Origin: a virus
Virus record (IMG/VR): IMGVR_UViG_3300034095_001503
Span: 1 to 64,000 of that record
Strand: one strand, 5' to 3'
DNA: 64,000 nucleotides
In this document: positions 8,547 through 18,465 of the stretch, piece by piece
Position numbering within the stretch: the stretch's first letter is position 1
How the letters are laid out: each line of letters starts with the position of its first letter
The notes under the pieces: model-generated
Seen by the model: only the letters and a program-made list of their open reading frames with translations
Database searches by the model: none
Told to the model about the DNA's origin: nothing
Translations under genes and position numbers: made by a program

Positions 8547-11500
8547 TTAGAATCCCCATTCATCTTCTGGTTTATCTTTTTTCTCTTCTTCTTCTATTTT
8601 TTTAACGTTTTTATTGTAAGTATTTATTGACTCTATAGCTTCATTCATTGTAGCTCTTTGGTTTTTCCAATACTCATCAGTTTCTTCTGGTGACCTAGAT
8701 TCATAATCATCTGGCATTTCACCGAATGTGTCATCATATTCATCATCTAAATTTATATTTTCTTCACTTCTAACCAGATTACCATTTTCATCTTCTTCGA
8801 TTACATCCTCATCTTCTTCACTTTCAGAATAAACTCGTTTCTTTTTAACTTCTGTTGGTTTTACGATAATTATCGATTCAGCTTTTTTGATTAATTTTTC
8901 AGTAACATTATCTATTGTCTCAATAACAACTTCTGTTTCATGTTCAGTCAATCCTTCTTCAATCTCAGAAAATATATTATATGTCTGACCAGTCATAACA
9001 GTACATTCAGTTACATAATCTAACCATTGCTCATATCTATCATCAGACGTGTTTTTGGCCATCTGATAATATTTATCACGTTCAATAGCATCTTTTTCAT
9101 ATTTAAATATGTCTGAAACATGACACAAGGGTTCATTCCATTTTCTAGAGATAAGCATTCCATCACCATCGTTGCTAATACCACAAATAATAAAAACATC
9201 TTGTTGTAATTCACCAGTAGTTTTAATCGCATTCAATTCTTTAATTTCTAAGTGTTTGAATATATCTTCTAGTGTATCCTTTTCATGTTGAATACCTTCT
9301 AACCTAGCAATTCTAAGTCTTTCATGATAATCAGCTCTAATTTCGTCCCATTCTTCAACTTCCATGTTGTTTGGAATCTTATTAACTTTATCCCAGAATT
9401 TAATTTCTTTATCTTCCATTCTCATAAGGTCAGCGTAAGTATCTTGGTCACTTTCTTTGAAAGGAATACCAGAAACTAATTCACATTCACCTTTTGTGAA
9501 GATAGTTCTTTCTTTTAACTTTTCAGTTGTTTTTTTTGTAATTTTATCTTTTGTTTTTACAATATCTAAAACTATTTTAGACCTAACGTCTTCATTGAAA
9601 CAAACAAGTAGTGGTTTAACCTTTTTATTGAATGCATCCAAATAACGAGCAACATTATATTCATCTGTATATAAACTATTTTGAATCTCTTTCATTCTAT
9701 CAGTCATACCAACATATGCCTCATTCATAGTATCCATTTCACCATTTTCTTCCATTGCAATAAGTGCTTTTTTAAGTACTTCTAATTCTTTGATATTCTC
9801 AAAGTCTTTTTCAACAGTTTCTGGGTCAATCAATTTACAATTTAACTCAACAACTTTATCAACTGTAGGATAACAGCCATTTGCTTCAAAATAAGCATAT
9901 GTATCTTTTTTACTCATCTTGTTTTTATCAATAGTTTTTAAATCACCAGTTGATTTTGAAGCACCAATATTTATATAAAACAATGTATCACCTAAATTTA
10001 CATCTAAACCTTCTCTCATAACCAATTCCATATGAGCTTGTTTAGGTAACGGATTACCAGCTATATTTGTCTTTGTAGCCTTTTTCTTATATTCAGCAAT
10101 GGTTATCTTTATTTTAGCTTTTGAAGCCATCTTAACAAGCGGAATTTGATAATTGTAAATCTTATCTACATATTCATAATAATGATTAACAAATGAATAA
10201 CCATCTCCATCCAATAACATTCTAATTCCTTTACCTAAAAATTCTTCAATATAAACTGACATTTTTTTAGATTTTACAGAGTTACCAACCAATTTAATTT
10301 TACCACCAATATCGTTAGCATAATTTTTACGAGCAAAGTTGATTGTTGAGTTACAAATATCATCGATATCCAATCCCATACGACCTTCCATATAATTCTC
10401 ATTGAATTCAGCCAATACTGCATCTAACCCAGTTAATTCTTTTCCACCATCATCAGTAGTTTTCCAATGTGAACCTTTTGCTACGTATTTGATTTCATCA
10501 ATATTATCTGGGAATGCAAAGTTAAAACCATCTGTATCACCTACCAACGCTCTAAAACCATGTTTTTCAGTAAAGTGACGAACCATTAGACGTAAGTATT
10601 GACGACCACGACATGTTGTTTCTTCAGCTGAATCAGTATCACCCCAGTTAAAGATATAAGGTGCACCATATGAACCAAACCATGAATTGGCTAAAATTTT
10701 AAGAGGTAACTGTTTTTTATCATATAAATTAGCCAAAGCTTTATACTCACCTATTTCTTTTTTGGTTGAAACAATCACTTCTGCTGTTAAATCTTTGTTT
10801 TCTTTAAGTTTAGCTTCAAGTTTTTTAGCTTTTTTCTTCTCAATACCAGTCAAGAATTTAAATTTGTCACGTGTATCAACAACATATGTTAACATTCCTT
10901 CCATTACACCAGAAATATCTAAGTCTGGGAAAATTAAGTGAGTTAACTGAATCTTTGGATAAAGTGCCGCAAAATCTAACTTAACAACACCTCTAGCATA
11001 ACCAACTTCCAATAAACGAGATAAACCACCAGTAAAGTCTCTTTTAGGTAATCCAGATGGGATAGCTAACCCTCTCTCGTAAGACCATGCAGCCATGATT
11101 AGTTTCCATTGACCAGCAGTACCCATTGTAGAACTACGCATGAATGTTGTAGGTAACATTTTTGCGATAAGGAAAGATGCTTGATTGAAGATATTATCAA
11201 TTTGTTCAGTTTCCCATAAATCATCGCAAAGATATCTTTGAACAATATAATCACCTTTTACTACTTTATAATTATCTTTCAATGGTTTCTTATCAGTAAT
11301 AATATACCAATCACCATCAGTATCATTGAATGCGTATTGATTAACTTTATCAGCCCATGTTGTATTGATTTTATCACCAGGAACATAAACACGATTAGGT
11401 TTTGCAATCTCAGAATATTGAGTAATGTATTTCAAACCCCAAGATTTGATTTCAGAGTTGATAGCCATTGCTCTACGTACAGCATGTGAAATATCCATGA

Positions 11501-12428
11501 TATTATAACCATACATGTGAGTTTGTTTATATTTCTCAGTTTCACCACCTAGTTTAAGCGATGCATCTTTTCTTCTAATCTTAGAAATTCTGTTAAGTGT
11601 AATCGCTAATTCAGTAATTGGAATTGAAAGTCTTTCAGCACGTTCAAATAAGAAAGGCCAGTCAAAGTTCTCAGAGTTATATCCAGTGATAATATCTGGT
11701 TGCACTGCATCGATGATTTTAAAGAACTTTTCGATGTTTTCCCTCTCACTGTTTCGTTTATCGCTTGGAGTCGCACCAATCGTCTCTAACACACCTTCAA
11801 GTCCTTTGTTATCACGTACACCTATCTGAAAGATTGCATGTTTACTAGCAAATAATCCTTCAGTCTCTAAGTCAAATTGAAATCTATGTACATCATCGTA
11901 ATCATCCATTCCATTGAACAATCTTTTACCACTTTGGATAAGATATTGTTCAGTAGGACTAAACATTACGAAAAAACTTCTATACATTGGTGATTTATCA
12001 TCATCTGGGTCAATGTTTTTATCACTAAATACATCAACACCACCTTCTTTAAAGAATTTTAAAAGATTATTGTATGAGTGTTTACATGTAGCCATGTATT
12101 TATATCCACTATCCATTCTGTCTGGAGTATAACCTTCTTCATTGCTAGTAATAAGTTTTGTGATTTTAATACCATAATCTTTACAAGCTTCCATGATTTT
12201 AAGACGTTTACCACCATAAATCATTGATGTTACATCTTCTTTAAACCAAAGAAATGGTTTATATGTATCATCATATAAATATTTACCCTTTTCTGGGTCA
12301 TTTATAACCAGTGTTACTTTTGGTTCGTTGTAATTAGATTCAACAGCTACAATGTACTTTTCTGGGTTTGAGCCTTGTAAAAACGATTCAATTTGTTCGT
12401 TACTTACCTTTGTTTTAGATTTACTCAT
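8547..12428 (-). CDS. Family B DNA polymerase with 3'-5' exonuclease and long acidic C-terminal extension
   Basis: ExoI FDLETEG, ExoII GYNSENFDWPF, ExoIII YLCDD; Pol motifs DFAALYP, KILANSWFG, VGDTDG, RKNYA. Confidence 0.92.
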   Translation of the reverse strand: MSKSKTKVSNEQIESFLQGSNPEKYIVAVESNYNEPKVTLVINDPEKGKYLYDDTYKPFLWFKEDVTSMIYGGKRLKIMEACKDYGIKITKLITSNEEGYTPDRMDSGYKYMATCKHSYNNLLKFFKEGGVDVFSDKNIDPDDDKSPMYRSFFVMFSPTEQYLIQSGKRLFNGMDDYDDVHRFQFDLETEGLFASKHAIFQIGVRDNKGLEGVLETIGATPSDKRNSERENIEKFFKIIDAVQPDIITGYNSENFDWPFLFERAERLSIPITELAITLNRISKIRRKDASLKLGGETEKYKQTHMYGYNIMDISHAVRRAMAINSEIKSWGLKYITQYSEIAKPNRVYVPGDKINTTWADKVNQYAFNDTDGDWYIITDKKPLKDNYKVVKGDYIVQRYLCDDLWETEQIDNIFNQASFLIAKMLPTTFMRSSTMGTAGQWKLIMAAWSYERGLAIPSGLPKRDFTGGLSRLLEVGYARGVVKLDFAALYPKIQLTHLIFPDLDISGVMEGMLTYVVDTRDKFKFLTGIEKKKAKKLEAKLKENKDLTAEVIVSTKKEIGEYKALANLYDKKQLPLKILANSWFGSYGAPYIFNWGDTDSAEETTCRGRQYLRLMVRHFTEKHGFRALVGDTDGFNFAFPDNIDEIKYVAKGSHWKTTDDGGKELTGLDAVLAEFNENYMEGRMGLDIDDICNSTINFARKNYANDIGGKIKLVGNSVKSKKMSVYIEEFLGKGIRMLLDGDGYSFVNHYYEYVDKIYNYQIPLVKMASKAKIKITIAEYKKKATKTNIAGNPLPKQAHMELVMREGLDVNLGDTLFYINIGASKSTGDLKTIDKNKMSKKDTYAYFEANGCYPTVDKVVELNCKLIDPETVEKDFENIKELEVLKKALIAMEENGEMDTMNEAYVGMTDRMKEIQNSLYTDEYNVARYLDAFNKKVKPLLVCFNEDVRSKIVLDIVKTKDKITKKTTEKLKERTIFTKGECELVSGIPFKESDQDTYADLMRMEDKEIKFWDKVNKIPNNMEVEEWDEIRADYHERLRIARLEGIQHEKDTLEDIFKHLEIKELNAIKTTGELQQDVFIICGISNDGDGMLISRKWNEPLCHVSDIFKYEKDAIERDKYYQMAKNTSDDRYEQWLDYVTECTVMTGQTYNIFSEIEEGLTEHETEVVIETIDNVTEKLIKKAESIIIVKPTEVKKKRVYSESEEDEDVIEEDENGNLVRSEENINLDDEYDDTFGEMPDDYESRSPEETDEYWKNQRATMNEAIESINTYNKNVKKIEEEEKKDKPEDEWGF

Positions 12429-12443
12429 ATTAATATATTTTTA

Positions 12444-12541
12444 CAAAGGTACTAAATAAAATAAATAAAAACAAGGAAAAAGTCAAAATAATTTTTAAGT
12501 TTGTAACGTACAAACTTACATTTTTATTTTTAAAGTGTCAA
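12444..12541 (-). promoter_or_regulatory. Tandem Bacteroidota-type sigma70 promoters driving the DNA polymerase
   Basis: Minus strand: TTG(ACA) at 12541-12539, N20, TAAGTTTG at 12518-12511; and TTG at 12474-12472, N20, TACCTTTG at 12451-12444. Confidence 0.7.
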
Positions 12542-12548
12542 GTAAATA

Positions 12549-12923
12549 TTATTTTTTTATTGAACCATCTAACACATTTACAAATAATTCCTCACGAATA
12601 GGCACAATAAGAGTACCACTACCATCTAAAAAGTCTATTTCAAAATATGCCGCATATCTTCCAGCCACTGATGTTTCTTTTGTGGTAAATTGATAAACCA
12701 AATAATATTCCTCACAAATACAATTATTTTTAGGTAGTACTTCTTCAATACCAGCTATTTTACAAGCTATTTTTTTGACACCAGTAACTATATCAGTCAT
12801 TGTAAATGTGATATTAGCGTTTTGAATCTTATCGTGAAATTTATTGAAATCATTTCTTCCATCTTTGATAAGTTCCAATTTAAGTTTTGGTAACGTTGCT
12901 TTTTTATTTATGTGAAATTCCAT
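12549..12923 (-). CDS. BppU-like Ig-fold virion protein
   Basis: FHINK.ATLP.L...LVYQFT..ET..AGRY.A.FEIDF..G...IVP pattern; late promoter upstream. Confidence 0.55.
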   Translation of the reverse strand: MEFHINKKATLPKLKLELIKDGRNDFNKFHDKIQNANITFTMTDIVTGVKKIACKIAGIEEVLPKNNCICEEYYLVYQFTTKETSVAGRYAAYFEIDFLDGSGTLIVPIREELFVNVLDGSIKK

Positions 12924-12941
12924 ACTAATAAATATCTAATT

Positions 12942-13787
12942 TTAATTTATAAATCCATATTTCTGTTTAAAATAATTCCAAACAGTTATTAACCCATCAT
13001 CTGGTACAGCCCCATCATACACCAAAACTTCAGCTATATCAATTGGTGAAGCTTGTGCAAATGTACTACCATTAAAACCACCAGAAATATAAAACTTAGC
13101 AGTTGCTGAAACAGCTTTCATTGTTTTATTTCCACCAGCAGCAATTGCTGCTGTTTTAAGTGTCGAACCAACATAACCATTACAAGTTCCACCACTCATT
13201 CTGTATGTGTAATAAAAGAACTTAGATGAATCAACACCACCAGAACCCCAAGGAATTGATATTGTTGTTTTATTTAATGAGTTATTATAATACCACATAT
13301 CAATAAATGATGGTGTTGAATCACCATCAATACCAAATCCTTCTGTCTCACTACTCCACGCAGCATTGAATTCAATAATAGGTGCACCAGAACTCCATGT
13401 TCTAGTTGTATTTCTTTTAAATACAAAAAATACTGTAAAACCAGAAGAAATACCAGTAAGACTTGGTGATAAATTAGCCGCCATATATTCAGAATTAGCA
13501 TCAGTTGATGCAATATATGGGAATGAAGAACTACTACCACTAGGTGAGAATGTTGCTGCTGAATAACTTGGTGAATTTGTTGTTGTTGCTGTTAAATTAT
13601 TACCATAAACCGTTTGGTCTTGCCATAATCTAATATCAGTATTACCAACAGTTCCACCACTATAAGGTAACCCATTATAAACACCCTTCAAAGAATCAAC
13701 CCAAAGGATAGCTTTTATATTACCAAAAAGTGGTGAAGGGTCACCAGCACTATAACCATCTCTATAATTAAAAGGTATATTAAACAT
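12942..13787 (-). CDS. LamG/concanavalin-like virion protein
   Basis: LWVDS...WQDQT.YGN, FTVFFVF, DIAEVLVYDGA...YFKQKYG. Confidence 0.65.
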   Translation of the reverse strand: MFNIPFNYRDGYSAGDPSPLFGNIKAILWVDSLKGVYNGLPYSGGTVGNTDIRLWQDQTVYGNNLTATTTNSPSYSAATFSPSGSSSSFPYIASTDANSEYMAANLSPSLTGISSGFTVFFVFKRNTTRTWSSGAPIIEFNAAWSSETEGFGIDGDSTPSFIDMWYYNNSLNKTTISIPWGSGGVDSSKFFYYTYRMSGGTCNGYVGSTLKTAAIAAGGNKTMKAVSATAKFYISGGFNGSTFAQASPIDIAEVLVYDGAVPDDGLITVWNYFKQKYGFIN

Positions 13788-16723
13788 TATCTAAAATCTT
13801 TTGCTATAAGACCATACAAACTAGTACCATCACTTATTAATGTTATTATGTCAACCGCATTTGCTGTAGATGATAAAACTGGTGCTATACCAGATTGCCA
13901 TTTGTATTCACTACCCCAATTAACTACTCTAGAACCACTAGCATTTTGTTTAAGTATCATAGTATAAACAGCACCATTTTGTATGTTTGTACCACCACTA
14001 ATACTTGTAGTTGCTGCTGATAAGATAACAGTTTGGATATTACTGTTGTTCCAGTTAGGTATATGTGTTGCAGTTACTGTTCCAGCACTATAAATAGGAT
14101 TTCTAGATTGACCAGTAAATGTTAAATTACCATCAACCAATAAGTTTCCACTAACATGTAACCTTTCTGTAGGTGCTATAACACCAATACCTATTTTACC
14201 ACCAGGAACTACAGTTAATGATGCATTACCACCAGTTATTGAATAAGTTCCAGTTCCAAACAACACACCACCAATATTGATACTGTCTATTGTACCAGCA
14301 GATAAAGTTATATTTGTACCAATAATTATATTATTTGAACCAATACTATCACTAGTGATTGTTGCATAACCAACATTATAACCAAATAAATTTGAATTAG
14401 TAGCACCAGTTGCTCTAAAACCAGTAGCACTACCCATGAAATTAGAAAAAGAAGCACTAGATGCACCATTACCAGCTTGATAACCAATGAAATTACTAAA
14501 TTTAGCATCAGTTGCTTGTTGACCAGCACTATACCCCATGAAATTAGATTGACTAGCACCAGTTGCTTGATAACCAGAATTATAACCAATAAAGTTTGAA
14601 TTAGTAGCACCAGTAGCCCCTAAACCAGCAGCACGACCCATAAAATTAGCAAAAGTAGCACCATTAGCTTCCCTACCAGCACTACTACCAATAAATGTTG
14701 AAAAACCAGCACTATATGCTTTATAACCAGCATACCAACCAAAGAAATTTGATTCACCAGCACCAGATGCTTGATAACCAGAACTACCACCTATAAAAAT
14801 TGAAGCTAACGCACCAGATGCTTGATAACCAGAATTATAACCAATAAAGTTTGATTGATAAGCATTATATGCTTGTTGACCAGCTGCTTGACCAAAGAAA
14901 TTTGAATTATTAGCACCACTAGCTTGATAACCAGCCCCTTGCCCCAAGAAGTTAGAGTTAGATGCGTTATAAGCTTGACCACCAGCAGTAGTACCAAAGA
15001 AGTTAGAATTATTAGCACCACTTGCTTGATAACCAGTGTTAAATCCAATGAAGTTAGCTCGAATAGCATTAGTTGCTTTATAACCAACTAAATAACCAAT
15101 AAAGTTTGAATTATTAGCACCAGATGCTTGAAAACCAGCACTTGGACCAATAAAGTTTGAACCAGCAGCATCATAAGCTTGATAACCAGCATTAGTACCA
15201 AAGAAGTTTGATACAGTAGCACCACTAGCAAACAAACCAGAGTTTACACCAAAGAAATTTGATTGAGAAGCATTAGTTGCACCATAACCAGCACTACTAC
15301 CCAAGAAATTAGATGAGTTTGCATCAGTTGCACCATAACCACTACGGAAACCAAAGAAGTTAGATTGTTCAGCGTTTGTTGCAAATGTACCAGCACTTAA
15401 ACCCATAAAGTTTGACAATGAAACTCCAGATGCTTGATATCCAGCATAGTTTCCGAAGAAGTTTGAATCAGTAACTCCAGATGCTTGATATCCAGTATCT
15501 ACTAATCCAGTTGAAAATAAAGAAGATGTGTTAATAACTGATATTGGACCACTACCACCATTGGTAAACCCACTTACATTAAATGTACCACCAGAGTTAT
15601 TGGTGAACGTAGCAGTACCAGAACTATAAGTACCACCAGTTACAAATGTATCTGTCATTCCAGTTAAGAACCCACTTACATTAAATGTACCACCAGTATT
15701 GTTGGTAAACGTAGCCACACCATTATTAGCATTATATGTACCACCAGTAATAGTCATATCACTAGCTAAAATAGATAAATTTTGACTAAAACTAGTATTA
15801 TCGTTTCTACTAATAGTTAAATTATAATTACTAGCGTTAAAAGTCATACCAGTAGTATAAATGTCATCAGATGTTTTAAAATAACCAGACACATTAAATG
15901 TTCCACCAGTATTATTGGTAAATGTAGTTGTTCCGTTTGAATAAGTACCACCAGTTGTAAATATATCAGTATTTATTGGTAAATTATAATATGTTGTAGC
16001 ACTTACTGTACTAGCAGTTAAATTACCAAATATTTGAGTATCACCACTACCAATAATACTTAAAGCCTTTTTTGCTGGAATAGTACCATTTGGTGTTAAA
16101 TAAAAATCCATTCTAGTACCACCAGAACTACCAAATGTAACACCACCATGATTTTCATTAGCGTATACACCTATCCAATTATCCCATTGTGAACCACCAG
16201 AAATACCATAAGCAGTAGTTGTAAATTTTATAGTACCCAAAACATCATTTTTCAATAAATTTAATGATGCTTGAGGTGTACCTCTTTGTCTATAGAAACC
16301 TAAACTTCCAGATTCATTAGGGCTATTTTGATATGATTCTTGATTAATATAAGTATATCCAGTATGTCTAATAGCAAATTGTTGTTTACCCATAAAACTA
16401 AAACTACCAGTCCCAGCTGATGGGATATAATCACCAACAAATATACTACCTCTTCTTTGTATTACTGCATCTTTATCTGAACCAGCATCTGTTGTTTGTG
16501 AATTTTGTAAAAAAAACGGTGTACCAGCACCAGTACTGAATTCAATGTCTTCTCCATTGAATTTTGTTAGTGTTACAATTCCATTGTTTGTTGTTGCAGT
16601 ATGTATTGCGAGTCCTTTTAAAAAGATGAGATTTTCATCCATTTCAGCAAAACTTAATACGCTACTTTTTGTAACGTCATTATATGGGCTATTTTGACTT
16701 CTTAATATTAAATAGTTATTCAT
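13787..16723 (-). CDS. Large fibre/adhesin protein with YadA-like 17-aa repeats
   Basis: N-terminal LSFAEMDENL fibre anchor, TGGTY repeats, about 20 SNF[FIM]G..AG repeats, IGIG...PTERLHV, C-terminal ILKQNASGSRVVNW...VDIIT module. Confidence 0.75.
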   Translation of the reverse strand: MNNYLILRSQNSPYNDVTKSSVLSFAEMDENLIFLKGLAIHTATTNNGIVTLTKFNGEDIEFSTGAGTPFFLQNSQTTDAGSDKDAVIQRRGSIFVGDYIPSAGTGSFSFMGKQQFAIRHTGYTYINQESYQNSPNESGSLGFYRQRGTPQASLNLLKNDVLGTIKFTTTAYGISGGSQWDNWIGVYANENHGGVTFGSSGGTRMDFYLTPNGTIPAKKALSIIGSGDTQIFGNLTASTVSATTYYNLPINTDIFTTGGTYSNGTTTFTNNTGGTFNVSGYFKTSDDIYTTGMTFNASNYNLTISRNDNTSFSQNLSILASDMTITGGTYNANNGVATFTNNTGGTFNVSGFLTGMTDTFVTGGTYSSGTATFTNNSGGTFNVSGFTNGGSGPISVINTSSLFSTGLVDTGYQASGVTDSNFFGNYAGYQASGVSLSNFMGLSAGTFATNAEQSNFFGFRSGYGATDANSSNFLGSSAGYGATNASQSNFFGVNSGLFASGATVSNFFGTNAGYQAYDAAGSNFIGPSAGFQASGANNSNFIGYLVGYKATNAIRANFIGFNTGYQASGANNSNFFGTTAGGQAYNASNSNFLGQGAGYQASGANNSNFFGQAAGQQAYNAYQSNFIGYNSGYQASGALASIFIGGSSGYQASGAGESNFFGWYAGYKAYSAGFSTFIGSSAGREANGATFANFMGRAAGLGATGATNSNFIGYNSGYQATGASQSNFMGYSAGQQATDAKFSNFIGYQAGNGASSASFSNFMGSATGFRATGATNSNLFGYNVGYATITSDSIGSNNIIIGTNITLSAGTIDSINIGGVLFGTGTYSITGGNASLTVVPGGKIGIGVIAPTERLHVSGNLLVDGNLTFTGQSRNPIYSAGTVTATHIPNWNNSNIQTVILSAATTSISGGTNIQNGAVYTMILKQNASGSRVVNWGSEYKWQSGIAPVLSSTANAVDIITLISDGTSLYGLIAKDFR
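14380..15495 (-). repeat. Tandem 51-nt (17-aa) repeats, consensus A[ST]GA.xSNF[FIM]G..AG[YF]Q
   Basis: Directly visible in translation and DNA (recurrent gcttgataaccag / aagaaatttga); boundaries approximate. Confidence 0.85.
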
Positions 16724-16756
16724 AGTTTAAATCTTTACAATAAATATCTATAAAAA

Positions 16757-16787
16757 CAAAAAAGCTGGAGCATTGCCCCAGCTTTAT
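16757..16787 (-). terminator. Intrinsic terminator
   Basis: Minus strand AAAGCTGGGGC-AAT-GCTCCAGCTTTTTT. Confidence 0.7.
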
Positions 16788-16800
16788 TTATTTTAATGTG

Positions 16801-16833
16801 TTTTTATTATAAATATGATATTTATAATAAAAA
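16801..16833. promoter_or_regulatory. Perfect palindrome formed by back-to-back late promoters
   Basis: TTTTTATTATAAATAT-G-ATATTTATAATAAAAA (16-bp arms). Confidence 0.7.
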
Positions 16834-16843
16834 ATAATATATT

Positions 16844-17485
16844 ATGAATAGTACATTACAAAAATTAGCACAATCATTAGGTTTTAAAAAAGATATAGAT
16901 AATCTTAAATCTAATACTACTGAAGGTGTTGATTCAATATCTGAAGTTTATGATTTATTATTAACTAATATTAATAGAATTAATACATTAGAAAATAATT
17001 TATCTGGAACCACTGGTACAACTACATCAAATAAAAAAGTTGCTTTCTCACCTATGAATATTTCATCTTGTGATACCGCACCAACAGCTGGTACCACACA
17101 ATACTATTATTTAACTATTGCTGAAATGGATATGACCATTAGTAAAGCAAAACTTTGGGGTTATAGTGGTACTGATACTGTGTTATTTGGTATATATAGA
17201 GGTACATTTGAGTCACACACATTAATAGGTGAAGGTAGTGCAGTTTGTGGTTTAGGACCAAATGTTATAAATATAACCCCAAAAGAAGGACAAACATTAG
17301 ATGTAACTACTGGTGAAAATTTAATTGTTGGTTTTTACCCTACTGGTACCAGTTGGAGAACAATATACGATACTGGAATAAATGATTTAATTTTTGGTAT
17401 AACAAGTACTGCTAATATTAATTCTATGCCACAAAATATAATAGGGACAGCAACAAATGTTAGATTTGGTTTAACTTTATATTAA
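16844..17485 (+). CDS. Hypothetical protein (short coiled coil plus beta domain; possible virion appendage)
   Basis: ORF directly downstream of a late promoter; contains SGTTGTT. Confidence 0.5.
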   Translation: MNSTLQKLAQSLGFKKDIDNLKSNTTEGVDSISEVYDLLLTNINRINTLENNLSGTTGTTTSNKKVAFSPMNISSCDTAPTAGTTQYYYLTIAEMDMTISKAKLWGYSGTDTVLFGIYRGTFESHTLIGEGSAVCGLGPNVINITPKEGQTLDVTTGENLIVGFYPTGTSWRTIYDTGINDLIFGITSTANINSMPQNIIGTATNVRFGLTLY

Positions 17486-17487
17486 TT

Positions 17488-17880
17488 ATGATATTATTAA
17501 CTATATTAGGAATATTACTTGTTATAGCAGCAAGTATTTCAGAAGCAATTATGGATACTATACAATTTCATTATGAAAGAAGTATTTTCAAATTCGACCC
17601 AGATAAATATAATCCATTATTTTGGGACGCATCTATTTCTTGGAAAAATAAATACAAAGAAAATAGTATGACTGAACCTAAATTTTATGGTTCAAAAACA
17701 ATTTTTGTTTTTCTAACAGATGCTTGGCATTTTTTTAAATTTTTAAGAAACTTATTTTTATTTATCGGGTTACCATTATTAGGACTTGGTTCATTGAATA
17801 TTATTGTAGCTGTTGTAATAGCTAGAGTACTTTACGGATTGGTATTTACATTTTGTTTTGATAAAGTACTTATTAAATAA
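17488..17880 (+). CDS. Membrane protein
   Basis: Three hydrophobic stretches; SWKNKY and FLTDAWH motifs. Confidence 0.6.
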   Translation: MILLTILGILLVIAASISEAIMDTIQFHYERSIFKFDPDKYNPLFWDASISWKNKYKENSMTEPKFYGSKTIFVFLTDAWHFFKFLRNLFLFIGLPLLGLGSLNIIVAVVIARVLYGLVFTFCFDKVLIK

Positions 17881-17886
17881 ACCATT

Positions 17887-18465
17887 ATGGATGAAAAATT
17901 AGTTGATTTACAAATAAACAAATTGATACAAGAATATTCTTTTTTAAAGTCTGATGAAGAATTAAAAAAAGAGATGATAAACACAAATCAAAAAGGTTTT
18001 TTAGATTTAGTTAATGGTAAATTAGGTGATTTAAAACCAGAAGAAATTAACCAAGGACCAACCAAAGAACCAAAATCAAAAAAAATTGAACCAAAAGTAG
18101 ATATGTCTGGTATATCTGAAAACACCAAAGTTAGAATCAAGAAAATATATAGAAACATAGTTAAATTAACACACCCAGATAAAGCTGAATCAGAAGAATT
18201 GAACGAGTTATACATGGAAGCAACTGAAGCATATGAAGCTTATAATATATTTGAATTATGTTTCATTTCCAAAAAATTAAATATAAAAGTAAAACTATCA
18301 CTAGAAGAAACAAAAACATTAAAGGAATTGTTAGATTCCAAAAAAGATGAAATAAAGAAAATAGAATCTTCTTTTATTTGGTTATGGTTAACAGCATCTA
18401 ATGAAAATGATAAAAATGAACTAGTAGATAGATTTATTGAAAAACACTATAAAAATGGAAATTAA
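17887..18465 (+). CDS. J-domain-like (DnaJ HPD motif) protein
   Basis: IKKIYRNIVKLTHPDK...ATEAYE helix II-HPD-helix III pattern. Confidence 0.65.
   Translation: MDEKLVDLQINKLIQEYSFLKSDEELKKEMINTNQKGFLDLVNGKLGDLKPEEINQGPTKEPKSKKIEPKVDMSGISENTKVRIKKIYRNIVKLTHPDKAESEELNELYMEATEAYEAYNIFELCFISKKLNIKVKLSLEETKTLKELLDSKKDEIKKIESSFIWLWLTASNENDKNELVDRFIEKHYKNGN

Noticed and set aside
8547-12428. Intein or intron in the unusually long DNA polymerase
   Set aside because: Catalytic motifs are normally spaced, with no C...HN splice junctions or LAGLIDADG blocks; the extra length is C-terminal
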